A stretch of DNA of 62,966 bases, counting the filler, from Intoshia linei (lineage: Eukaryota; Animalia; Orthonectida): the NCBI GenBank assembly GCA_001642005.1. It is 7 parts of 7 records of this genome, joined end to end, with 100 filler letters (N's around TTAATTAATTAA, not from the genome) between each part and the next. Parts side by side here need not be neighbours in the genome. Positions count along the whole stretch, not along the records: positions 1 to 20,663 come from LWCA01000679.1; positions 20,764 to 28,124 come from LWCA01001565.1; 5 more parts are not named here. One strand, 5' to 3'. Of this stretch, positions 12,915-24,830 are shown one piece after another (within the stretch, counting starts at the first letter, position 1; every line of letters begins with the position of its first letter). The notes below the pieces were generated by a model. That model was not told the DNA's origin. It searched no databases and saw nothing but the letters and a program-made list of their open reading frames with translations. The position numbers were made by a program, and so were the translations under genes.

Positions 12915-13609
12915 TATTGTATTATATACTATATAACATCGATTGTATCGTGGATACTACAATCCTATTTCTAATGTATTTTGTGTTAATTATAATATAT
13001 TATAATAATTAATAATCTTCATCAATTAATTAATCAGCTCATATTTTGTCCATTTTTAGAAATTCATTATTGTAGTTTAATTAATAATATAACCATAGTG
13101 ATATTATGATTGTAACTTTAGTAGAAAAAGTACTCACTTGTGTAACCAATAAAGTGGTCAATTTCGAGAATTTACTGTAGTTTATTTTTAATATTTATTT
13201 AGCTGTTTATGATATTAATATCATCACCAAATCACAAATTATTGCATTCTTTGATTTTGATGACAAAGATTATTTAATCCGATTAAACAAACATGAACCG
13301 TGGTATTATACTAGCAAATATCACAGATAAAAGTTTCATTCAATTGTTTTTGATATATAGGAACATTAAATAAATAATTAACACTACAGATAACCTGTTA
13401 TACATTGTAGTGTATTCAACTTTTGTAAAAAGTAGTGAGTTATTTAACATGCACTTAGTTTTACCTTAACGAAGTTATTGGATTTTTTTTAGAGTTTCAA
13501 AACTGAGTACTTTTCAGAATAAGCTTATTTTTAAAAATTATTAATTTTTCTAATCAGATTGATTTTTCAATCAATGCATAGAAAAAATTGCATTAAATAA
13601 ATAATTAAA

Positions 13610-13730
13610 TCATCAATACCTGCAAATAGTGCATCAGTTGAAAGATTATCTTCTGCGGTGAGATTATTTTATTCTATTTTTAGAACTAGGATTACGCCCG
13701 AATTAATTGAAACTGAATTTTAAAATACCA
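13610..13730 (+). pseudogene. hAT transposase dimerisation-domain remnant
   Basis: Translates SIPANSASVERLSSAVRLFYSIFRTRITPELIE, matching the hAT C-terminal pattern SIPAxSAxxERxFS...RxRL. Confidence 0.6.
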
Positions 13731-14255
13731 TAAAAATTTAATGTCTAACAAAAAGTAATTTATAACCAATTTTTTGTTAATAACAAATTTATTTATCATC
13801 TACTCTAATGAGTATTTTTATATTTTTTTTTCTTTGTAGTATACTTCCCGCCCTTGAGCACCACTATAACATTATGCTAGATTTGTAAAATTTCGCACAG
13901 GTGTATAGATTAATGAAACAAAAAAAATTTTCACTTGTCCCTCCAGAAAATCTGAAAATAATTCTTTACTATGAAAAATATGTCCACCCTATTGCACAAT
14001 GTACAATATACATATTCATTATGGTGAGTTACATCACAATTAAACCTTTTACGCTGTTTGTGCAATAGTAAAGATAGTAAGTATAAAATTCAGAAATTCA
14101 TATACCCAACAAAATGTTTACAATTCTGTAATTTGTTTGTGTGCCCCAATAAAAAAATGTTGAGAAACACTGAATCTAAAATAACTGACTTGTACAGATT
14201 CACAAGCATCAGTCAATTTGCCATTTTCAATGTAATACACAAAAGAAAATATTTA

Positions 14256-17221
14256 TTATTTTTTTATATTATGTTTATCAGGAAGAATACTAAAACTAAC
14301 GTGATTATCATAATTCTCTTTGGATGTATCTGAAGGAGATTTTGTATATATTTTTGGTAAACTTTCTTTACTAAAACAGACGCCATCAAAAGATTTTCTG
14401 GTTTCAACATTTCGATACTTGTTTTTCAGTAAGCATTGTTTTTCAAGGGATTTCTTTCTCAAGTTTGGAGTCATTGAAACTGAATAATCTAACTTTCTTT
14501 GTGAAATAGCTTCACTATTATGACGCTGACGTAACCTATAACCTCTTTGAGTAAATGGTGTTTCTTCAATTCTTAATGTATCGTTTGTCGTACCCAAATT
14601 GATAACATTATTGGTTGGGTCAAATGTCATTTTTTCTGGAGAAATATTAACCATTTTCCCATCATTAGTAGAAATGGTAATATTTGCATTGGGGTCCCGA
14701 GATTTACCTTTCTTGTAATCATCTTTTTTCTTTTTGTGAAATTCTGGCAATTTATCGTCCAACCATGTTAATTCATGTTGTGAAAATATAAAATCAAATA
14801 ATTTTCGAATGAAACAAATGGCAACAATCATGAGAGGAAATGCAATGGAGATTGGTTTGGTTTTTTTGATTACCCATAATAATATAAAACATAGAATTTG
14901 TAAAATTGTAAATAGATTGACACGTTTTAATGGAACATGACGCAGCCACATATAATCTGGTTGGTATTTTGGCGACATAAATATAATTAAAAATCTTTGA
15001 AGAATTTGCAAACCCATAGTACTAGAAATTCCCATAAACAAGAATACTCCAAATAAGACGGCCATTGGAACAAAATCCAAAACACGCGTGAAAAGTACTG
15101 ATAAACCGACCAAGGCAAATGCAACAATACCGGTAACTCTTTGTTCACGAATTCCGAGGAATTTTGGTTTCTCACCTGGAGCAGCAGATTTAGATTCCAC
15201 ATTGAGCGAATGAACGTGACTGATGGACAAAACGGTTGCAGCAACAAACCAAGGAAATCCAAATACTGACATGAGACCAATTTCAATAGCTATAATAAGC
15301 AAATCCAAATGATACCCGGCACCTTTTTTAAGCATATTCTCTTTTCTGTTTACTATTACACATGTAATTTGCTGATCCATAAATATAAGAATGCTGGCAA
15401 GCAAAGCAGGAATGATGGCTGCCGGGATAACCCAATACGGGTTGTCAAAAGGATTTACTACCCAGGGTCTATCTACAGTAGGCACGATTGTTGAAGGAAC
15501 GACTAATTTAGCCGTATGATAATTACAAAAATAGTCCAAAAGCACCATGCACAGTATAGAAATTGGCACAGCAAAATTTGAAATTGTGGATCTAACCATA
15601 TGTGTAAAATAACGAGTAGAATTGAATTGTTTTAGATACATGGCCATTGTAAACGTTCCAATAAATAATATTATAGAAAAAAAGAAATTGGAATCGGGAT
15701 ATTCGGTATCAACATTATGAAAATTAATTCGATCTAACAGTACCCCATGCATTGCCGAACAAAACGAGAAAAAATTTTCACTTGTTCCATTGTAATTCAA
15801 AACTGTAAACTGAGAAGCATTTGTTGGTAGAATGCTAGTAATATTACTACTCAATACAGACGTGACATTTTGTACCGTGTACTTTTTTGTTGCTTCAAAA
15901 TTACAAATAGTTTCGTTTATTGGAGCATAGCAAAAACACAAAAAATTTAAATTTGTAACATTTGGATGGTAATGTCTTAAATGTATCAGTTTACTAAAAG
16001 CTTCAACACAAAATATCACTGCAATTAGCAAAGAAAATATCTCTTCCGTAAATCGAGTTATATACCTAACCAATGAGGATAAATCAAATGCTACAATGAC
16101 AATCAAAATCAACATTATCCAAAAACCAATCCAGAACCTCATTGATAAAAAATTTAATCCATACTCACTGCAGAATTTGTAAATAATAGTTTCAAAAACT
16201 AAAACCGGTCCAGTATTATTTATTATGGTGAGAGGCTGACCGGAAAACAGATGATACAAAACTCCACAAACAGACACGCCCAATAAACATTCAATAATGC
16301 CGATATAATGAGTATCCTCCTTTAACAAACCTCCAAAAGTGATTGCTGGAGTCAGACAAGCAAAGTACATAAAGAAAATTGTGGAAATTGTTTGAACGTG
16401 AATAGCATCTTTGAAATCGCTTTTATAGAAAGGTATTTTTCTTTTAAAATCATCTCTTAAACCACCAAATATACGATGAGTGTATTTTAAAGTATTATCT
16501 TCAATTTCAACATCCGACCCCGATGAACCATCACCCAATAAATTACTTGAATAGTGTTTTCGGCCTTCTTGATCTGGAATCTTTGATGGAGGTTCAATTC
16601 TAATATTTGGATCCCATTCCCCGGGAGGCAGCACCGTACATTGGTCTAAAAATTCGTCAATTCCAACCATAATATCATTTGTATTTGTTGCCTTGTAGGC
16701 TATGTCATGGAAAACGTCATCTGATAAAAGAGTTGAGATGGCTCTACCTGTTTCATGATAGCAACGACGTCGGTCGTCTGGACCCAACAAGAGATAGAAA
16801 AACCTCGTTGGAACCGACACTTCCGTAAGATCACCCATTTGTGTACCTTTTGCTAATCTCACAAAAGCGTGCAAAGGAGTATCCAAAAAGTTTACCATCC
16901 CTACTAGAATATTGGCAGCTTCCGCGTCTTCAGGTATTTTTTTTAAAAAATGTTCATTTTTTTTGCTGTTTGAGCCATGGCTCTCACCATTTGTCATGTC
17001 AGCCAATGAAAATTTATTTCTTTGTATGCGGTTATTTTTTTTTTCATTTTTTGAATGCTTTCGCATGTCCACTATTGAACGCACAAACGGTAAATTTATT
17101 TGTGAGCTTGCTCCTTCATGTTCATACTGATGTCGGTGTTTACTTAATAATAGTGAGGCTACATTTGCTGCCATTGTTATTGATAGTGTTTTCTTTTGTA
17201 TCATTTCATTAATTAATGCAT
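14256..17221 (-). CDS. SLC4 Na+-coupled bicarbonate transporter (SLC4A7/8/10, NDAE1-like); single 2966-nt exon, 5' end unresolved
   Basis: Motifs FLKKIPEDAEAANILVG, DEFLDQCTVLPPGEWDPNIRIEPP, GQPLTI..TGPVLVFE, LIFMDQQIT (D is the Na-coupled type), FVAATVLS, GIREQRVTG. The ORF's first 26 codons overlap an intron-like tract ending TTTTAG at 17222. Confidence 0.92.
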
Positions 17222-17513
17222 CTAAAATAAATATAATATAATCCATTTTTTTAGGTTTTTTATAATTTAATTTAATGTAAATCAGATGAGTGGCCACCAA
17301 ATTTTTTGAATACAGAACCAGATAAAAAACAATAAATGTCGCATTTTCAAAATTTATAATTGTCTAATTAATATCAAAATAATAATCATTTAAACTTTTT
17401 CCAAACATTTAAGTATAAATTTTTCTAATGATTTCATATATGATTTTTTATTAAAACAAAATATTTTTTAATTATCGAAAGCCGTTACTGAATAAACTAC
17501 GTCATACCTTGTA

Positions 17514-18832
17514 TAGTCAACCCTCTAGTAAGTGAACGTTTGGGACTCGATTATTTCAGTGTTCATGATTGCAGAAATGGTGAAAAAAAATATAGTTACC
17601 GTAAAATTAAAGGTTATTTATCAGATTTTCAAAATTTATTATAAACGATTCACAAAAACATACTCAAATGTTTATTATTGTACATCATAATCTATTATTT
17701 TTTTAGTTGACCCAAAGTAATCAGTTATTTTAGATGATATTATTGATTTTGTAGACCTAATCTGCTGCATTAAAGTCCACACAATGGATATTTTTTTGCA
17801 GTATAATTTACTTTATAATGGGTCACAGGTTTTGGATCATCAAATTAAGAAATGATTGAGTTTTCTTCATATTATCATTTTTTTCATTCATTATTGGTTT
17901 ATTTCAGTGTTTCGCAACCGTGGGCCAGGCCCCAGTGGTGGGGCATGACGAAATGTTTGGTGGGACATTGGAAATTTGGTGGGGCCTGGGAAATATTACA
18001 AATTTATAGAATTATGAAAAGTTTAGATTAATTTATTGTGAATTCTATACAATATTCTCAGGTTTATAAGTGATTATGTGATACTTTAATCAATTAATTG
18101 TATTATTAAATTATTAGAATGACGAAAAAAATATATCTTTAATGATTGTGGGCTATTGAATTCAAATTTAACTAAATTGATGAATATATGCAAAAACTAA
18201 ATTTGCAAAATTATCCGACTTTAACTACTTTTGCTAGGATTGCTTTGTTGCCATTTCTATCCTCATTTAGCAGAATGCGGCTTTAGTGCAGTTTTAGACT
18301 TACTGACAAAAAAATAAATAGACTACAAATTTCAAAAAAGGGAGATCTACGCTTAAAGCTTACAACATTAGTACCTAATATTAATAAACTCTGTCAGAAT
18401 CGTCAGGCTCAATCGTGTCATTAATTGTAAAAAATAAATACATTATTATTGTTTTTATCATTATTTTATTATAATTCGCTCGATTTCTTTTTTTGTGGGG
18501 CCTGGTATTTTTTTAAGAGTAAAAGTGGGGCCTAGTATAAAAAAGGTTGAAAACACTGGTTTATTCTTTTTTTCTTTTTTTTTTAATTTTTCGTTGTTTA
18601 TTGTAGAAATGAAAAATTTACAAAATGCACGTTTTGTATAAAAATTGTATAATATCAATTAGAACTTCACATTAATTTGAAATAATCATGTTCATCGTTC
18701 ATATTCCAGAGAGTTCACGATTCATTTACTTGTTTCATAGTAAACTCTTATGTTTAAACCAAAATTATTTTTTGCTGTTCATTCTTGCAAAATTTCACTT
18801 TACAGACGGTTCAGATTATAAAGGTTTGACTG
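17514..18832. mobile_element. pogo/Tigger-like MITE hosting the nested hAT element
   Basis: TA|TAGTCAACCCTCTAGTAAGTGAAC at left versus GTTCAGATTATAAAGGTTTGACTG|TA at right: degenerate CAGTCAAACCT-type TIRs with a TA TSD. Confidence 0.55.
17905..18558 (+). mobile_element. Non-autonomous hAT (Buster/Charlie group) deletion derivative
   Basis: TIRs CAGTGTTTCGCAACC / GGTTGAAAACACTG. TSD GTTTATTT/GTTTATTC with central TA. Frameshifted C-terminus YPTL..ALLPF..LAECGFSA..NRL..GDLRLKL..PNINKL..RQAQSCH*. GTGGG subterminal motifs. Confidence 0.88.
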
Positions 18833-19449
18833 TATTATGTAATTACTACAGGTATTTACTCTTTTTTTTTCAAATTTTATTTTCTCTGGATTACTGTTAA
18901 TTACTGTGATGGTTAGGATTTACTGTTTTTATAATTAATTTCTACTCGTTGTTTGACACAAATGGTAGAATTAAATGTGAATATTTCACTTTAATGTATA
19001 TGAAATAATGACTGATCATTCTGAAACAAATTTGAAAATTGCTCATTTCCTCTACTTCGATTTTATTATTTGATTTTTTTTACCGAACATTGAAATTTCT
19101 ACCAGTATAATTAAAAAAGTCACCCTCAACAAAGCTAGTTATTACTTATATTTTTAAATATTTTGCATGTTTTTCAATTTATTAGTAAATGTAATTATAA
19201 TTTTTGATTTTAATTTGATGGTCATCATAGTTATTTATTATTTTAATGGATATGGTTAAGATAATAAAAAAATATATTCAGTTTTTGCTTTATTTTTAAA
19301 TTAATTGGAATAAAAACAAAACACAATTATATTCAATTTTGACAAATGAACGATTCAAAAGTACGTCAACACCCATCATAAATTTAAAATAATTCATAAT
19401 TAAATTTATAAATTTCATCTGATTCTTTTCAAAACAGAGAATTAAATCA

Positions 19450-19870
19450 TAAATAACAAATTGTAATATTAAAATTACACGAAGAAAGAAAATCATTGTG
19501 TGAAATTGGCAAACAAGTGGGTCGGCCCTATACAACCATTTCTAAAACCCTGAAACGGCTCCGGAAAAATAGAAGTAATGAAATAAGTGGGAGAACTGGT
19601 CGAAGAAGGTTATCTGATATCCGCGACGACAGAAATTTTATTAGATTACACCAAATTCAACCTCAAATGAGTTTATCCAATGAAAAAACAATGGACCGTA
19701 GATGCAAGCAACAGCACAGTTTGTAGGAGACTGATAGAAAACGGAATAAAATGTTATGCAGTTAGCAAATGATCCAGGCTTTCTGTGAAAAAAATTTATA
19801 ACCGTTTAAGCTTCTGCTCCGATACCTGTAGTTGGTCAATCGATGTATGGACAAAAGTCATATTCTCTTT
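19450..19870 (+). pseudogene. Tc1-like transposase N-terminal remnant
   Basis: HTH SLCEIGKQVGRPYTTISKTLKR, GRRR linker, STVCRRLIENG, WTKVIFS; broken by a frameshift and a stop. Confidence 0.75.
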
Positions 19871-20242
19871 GTATGTATGTGCTATCATATGTAATTCTCA
19901 TCCTTTTTTTCCAATATTTTTTTGAAAAACACGATTTTACGAAATCTTATGAGAAAAAAAATTAATTTTTTCATAAATATTTTATATTTCATGTTTCCTT
20001 TGGGATCCAAAAAAATAACATTTTGAAATCGGGAATCGCTACCTTAGAGGGAATAACATGGAAATCCATGGGTTATAAAATGGAATATATCAAAATAAAT
20101 TTACTCTTTTTGACTCCAAATTATTTTAAATTCTTCTACAGTTCAAATAACGGAACACTATATTAGTCTAAATTTTATTTAAATTTTTAAATTCAAAAAG
20201 TTAGCACATCAAATTCTATATGGGTATCTTAAAATTCATCTA

Positions 20243-20663
20243 CAGTGCCGTGCAAAATAAACTGGCACTTGTTAAAAAATATTACTTCTTCATAAACAAT
20301 AATTAAATTCGTTTAAAACATTAAACATTAAAACATTAAATAATATTTAAAATATAAAAATAAAAATTACTCGTACATCCCTATGAGGAGATTTATTTAA
20401 GTGAATACTGGAATTAATGCACAATTTTTTAATTGAAATACAGGTAATTTAAAAATGATAATGAATTTATTAAAATAAAACAGTCGTGCAAAATAAATTG
20501 GCATGTCATTTAAAGTTTAATTAAACTGTTAATAAATTTAAAAATAATCTTCAAATTGTAACTAAATTTTAAATGACGATAATTAACAAAATTATAAATT
20601 ATGACATTAAAAAATATTTCAAAAGCGGTATGAACCAATCTGAAATTTCGAGGAAAACCGGGG
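20243..20663 (+). mobile_element. Tc1-like element left end and start of transposase, cut by gap
   Basis: TA|CAGTGCCGTGCAAAATAAACTGGCA with an inner direct repeat at about 20481 (IR-DR layout). ATG 20573 gives MTIINK...GMNQSEISRKTG (HTH). Confidence 0.7.
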
Positions 20664-20763
20664 NNNNNNNNNNNNNNNNNNNNNNNNNNNNNNNNNNNNN
20701 NNNNNNNTTAATTAATTAANNNNNNNNNNNNNNNNNNNNNNNNNNNNNNNNNNNNNNNNNNNN
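20664..20763. other. Assembly gap linker (N44-TTAATTAATTAA-N44); same at 28125-28224, 40329-40428, 46576-46675, 57489-57588, 60897-60996
   Basis: Same 100-nt structure six times; the 12-mer has stop codons in all six frames. Confidence 0.95.
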
Positions 20764-21276
20764 TTTCACCGTCGCTGAAGGGTTTTAAACTTTTTGCAAG
20801 GGTAAAGGACACGGCAAAGGGAATTTTTTTGGATGAGGACTCATGGCTGCGTATGGCAGCAAAAAAAATTTTCGCAAGGGATTTATAAAGTGTTTCCTTC
20901 TCTTGACGAGTCTGCAGAATTATTTCAAAATGATATTTAACAAAATGCCTTTTCATATTACTCAGGTGTGGAGACATTGTTTTATTACTAATTAGACAAT
21001 AATTGTCGTTTGCATTAATTTTTATACAAAATATGTCAGGGTATTCTTTCATTTTAAAATTGTAAAATAATTATGCACGTGTAAAATTTGTAAATGTAAA
21101 TGTATTAGTAGAAGTAAATGTAGTTGATAATTAGTTATATTTAAGTTCGGGAAAATTAAACTCTTAATGCAGTTTTAGATATGACTTAAATTTTACAAGC
21201 CTAAAATTCAGTCAAAGATTTGGGGTAAACGGAACTTTTGTTGTGATCATTCAAATGTTGAGGTTGAACATCACTG
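20764..21276 (-). mobile_element. hAT (Buster/GTF2IRD2-like) element 5' end with transposase N-terminus
   Basis: Degenerate BED-like finger CLISN..SNMKRHFVKYH and SFTLAKSLKPFSDGE motif. TIR CAGTGATGTTCAACC on the minus strand at 21276. Confidence 0.8.
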
Positions 21277-21286
21277 GTATATACAT

Positions 21287-22387
21287 TAGGGTGGTTCAAA
21301 AAAAAAATTTAAAAAATACTTTTGAGTATATTAGGGAAATTCTGTAAAAATGACTTGTACAAATTTTTACAGCATAAAATTAATTATTGCTACGCCACTC
21401 ATCACCACCAAATTTACGTTACTTATATATAATATAAAAATGTAGTGTTAGTTACTCGTTATAATTCATTGTTAAAATTAAACTTAAATAAATAAAATGG
21501 AACTTATATATTACATTATCAAATTATTCTAATTTTTTAAACAATTTATTATGTGTTAACAGATTACAGTATTATGAAATTTAACAATTATATAAATTAA
21601 AATTATGAAACAATTAATAACGATAGAGCAACATTAGAGTAACTATCGTTAAACTCACTTCATTCTAGAATGAATATATTATGTTAATTTATTTTCTACA
21701 TGAAATATAATGTTAGATATATAAATTTCTAGTAGTACGCTATTGAAGTTACTGCTAGTACTTAATATCATTATCTCGTTGTTGAATGTACTTATAACTT
21801 CATTTTTATGAGTTATACACCCGATTACGCTACTCAATTGTTTTTTTTTATTTATAAATCATTTTATTTTAATTTTGGTCCCAATTTTAAAATTCTATAA
21901 AAAATCACATATTCTGTTAAAAAACCTCCGCATGTCAAATCGATACGACTATTATTTTTAATTTACTTTTTCATAAAATGAATCTTTGCCTTTGTCACCC
22001 ATTGGATTATCGTTTTAATTAATAATTGTCACTCGACTTTCACGGCTACCATTGAAATATTAATATTATACACATTCTATAATATTGATTATTCCCGTGT
22101 TCTGTTGGCGATGGAAATTTTATGGAATTGAATTATTTTTTTGCTTAATGGATAATTTCATGAATGGATAAACGTTTTAATTAATATTTGTCAATTAATT
22201 TTTATGGTTACTATTAAAATATTTATATTATACAATGCTATATTATAGATTTCCCCTGCTCGAGTGACAAAGGAAAATTAATTGAATCAAATTAATTTTT
22301 TTGCCAATCATCATTATTACCACCCTTATCAAAATATCAAAAGTACTTTCTTAATTTCAAAAATTTTCTTGTTTTTGAACCACCCTA
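21287..22387. mobile_element. TAGGGTG-ended hAT (hATm-like) MITE
   Basis: TIR TAGGGTGGTTCAAAAA / TTTTTGAACCACCCTA with a perfect 8-bp TSD ATATACAT. Confidence 0.88.
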
Positions 22388-22415
22388 ATATACATGTATA
22401 TGTGTATATGTATAT

Positions 22416-23794
22416 TAGGGTGATTCACTGGTAATCTACAAAAACGGCACACATTTATAATTACGTACTTATCATAAATAATCTTAATTTTAATTTAGTT
22501 AAATTAATCATAATAACAATTAGTTTAATCTTATGTAATATTGTATATAATAATTTAAACAAATATTATATTATCAACTACAGACTCAAGTTAAAACTAA
22601 AATATTAAGATACTATATTATACTTACAAACCATATTACAAAAAAATAAGCAATATTCTATGGTGTTCACTTCAGAGAATATTTTTTTATCCAATTAAAT
22701 TTAGTACATTTATTTTTACTAATTTTATCTTAAGTTCTGTTTGTGACCATATCAATCCTAATTATCCTAACTTATATATAAAGCTACGCGATTTTTGTTT
22801 GTGTGTGTGTGTTAAACTTTATTTAAATAAATACTCGTCTTAGAATTTTTTGAAGACCACATTTTAATTACAGTTTTTTTTGAACGTATATTAAGATAAA
22901 TTTCAACCTCCCAATTTCACATCTTACGAGTTAAAAACTCCAGTTGTCTCTCATTTTGAAAATCAAACGAGATGGAGAATTTAAAAAAATTATATCTTTA
23001 GGGCCAAAACCCTAAATTCCCATTCCTTTTTTTTGAAAACAGCCCTAGAATTGCAAAAAATTTACAGGTTTTACAGTTGTATCCTGTTAACACACACAGA
23101 AAATTTCTGAATTCACAGTCAAAAAAGCATTTTAGTATTCATATATTTTTTTTCAGAAGAATTTTATTAAAACAAAAAATGTGAAATAATTAACGGTCTG
23201 AAAATTAAAAAAAAAATTAAAAAATCTGATAGAGCTTATTCCAGTTAATATAAATACAAAATTTCAATTCCAGAAATCTACGCATTCCCGGTGAAAAATA
23301 ATTTTTAATATATTATCAACCAATATTTTTCAAATATTTCAATTAAATTCAAAAATTGAAAATGTAAATATTGATCCTACAATTTCAAAAAAAATGTGCA
23401 TTGTACGTCTACACATTTCAAATAAAAACATATGGGTGAAAATCTATATAATTCATTCCTTCGGAATTTTTTTTATTGCTACGCAATTTTTAAATTTCAA
23501 ATTTTGATTTTCAAAAAATTTTTTAAATTTTAATTTAATTATGACACTACAGCAACGTATTTATAAAATTAAATTTATTTACTCAAAAGGGTTGTCGAAG
23601 AGCATACAAAAAAAACACGCAAAAGCTAAAAAATCAGATTATGTAAAAAAATAAATATTACCATTAGCGGAGCAGGGAAATGTTTATAATCTGAAAAATT
23701 TTTTGTGATATACTCCTACTTATACAAAATGGGGATGATATATATAAATAGTTTTTGAAATTCAAAAATCAAAACTCAAACATGAATCACCATA
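22416..23794. mobile_element. Second TAGGGTG-ended hAT MITE containing a nested Helitron copy
   Basis: TAGGGTGATTCA / TGAATCACCATA ends; flanks ATGTATAT and ATATATAT (7/8). Confidence 0.65.
22765..23560 (+). mobile_element. Helitron-like family, 5' end and middle
   Basis: Starts A|TCCTAACTTATATATAAAGC; reverse-complement match to 3400-4313. Confidence 0.75.
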
Positions 23795-23808
23795 ATATAT
23801 ATGTGCTT

Positions 23809-24100
23809 TAGGGTGTCACATTTTTTCGAAAATTTTAGAATTCGATGGGTAATTAGCACTAAAAGTGTGTATTTTTCAAAAATAGAAAAACTAATTCGCA
23901 ATAAAAAACATTTAACGCTATCTATTCGAGTTGCGTTTGTCATTTTAACTATCACTTCAAAAATATTATGAAGAAATTAAAACTGAACTTTATTTTAATA
24001 GAAATTGGCGTTTGAGTTTGTAAACGTGGTATCGACTTTATAATAGTGTTATCCATGTTTAGTTATACAATTTATTTTATTAAATTTGTTTCTAGCTCAA
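23809..24100 (+). mobile_element. TAGGGTGTCACA-type hAT left-end fragment; second copy at 26608-26888
   Basis: About 250 bp similarity between 23809 and 26608 starting exactly at TAGGGTGTCACATT. A reverse end TGTGACACCCTA is at about 55579-55590. Confidence 0.6.
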
Positions 24101-24559
24101 TTTTTTTTGATTTTATTAACGATTTAATTTCTCGAATTCAGGCTATTTACATTATTTATATTTTATTCAATGCATAATATGCATTGCATATAATTTAGCA
24201 GATATGACTATTTATAACGTAGTAATTTCATACCACATTTTGAAAAAAAATTTGAATATTATATCTGTTACCAAATTATGTTGAGGTAGCCCAATACAAT
24301 TTTAATTACCATATTTCAAGAGCTTCGTTATTATAATATTTTTTTCGTAATTCAATCTCATTCTAACTATTAACAAAAGATTCCATATTGTAACAAATTA
24401 TATTAGGTTTAAGCTGTCCTTGATAAATAAATTAGTCCACTATTTATTAAACTATGTTTTGCCGATAATTTTCAAATATTCAGCGAAAGTACTTGGAATT
24501 ATTTAGAATTTTAATTTTGATGTTTTCTACAATCACACTAAAAATATTTAATTAAAAAT

Positions 24560-24830
24560 TTTTTATTGGATTCCGCAAGGCATTTTTTTTGGAATAGGTT
24601 CCGATCAGAAACATTTTTCTAGTCATTGTATTAGTCGATCGCCACTCATTATAAAATTTTAAAGTCAATAGCATCAAAAAAAGATTGGGCATACATCAAT
24701 TTCTCAAATATTTGTAACCATCTAAACTACTTAACTTGCGTTAGTCAATTACTAAACGTTGATAGCCATTGGATTTAGGAATTAAAAAAGCCCGCAATCA
24801 TCTGACACTATTGGTATATTCATTGATTTC
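24560..24830 (-). pseudogene. Highly degraded Ty3/gypsy reverse transcriptase remnant
   Basis: Minus-strand AFLIPKSNGYQRLVID*RKL, then FDAIDF and KMPCGI in other frames, in the order of RT motifs VPKKxG.RLxxDYRxL, FSxID and RMPFGL. Confidence 0.55.

Noticed and set aside
8750-17212. Antisense or alternate-frame ORFs over SAXO and SLC4 (also over EPC1, RPL15 and the pogo transposase)
   Set aside because: Shadows of real coding sequence with no motifs of their own.
20708-20719. TTAATTAATTAA repeated six times between N runs
   Set aside because: Artificial six-frame-stop linker, not biological; it also creates the false end of ORF 20708-21052.
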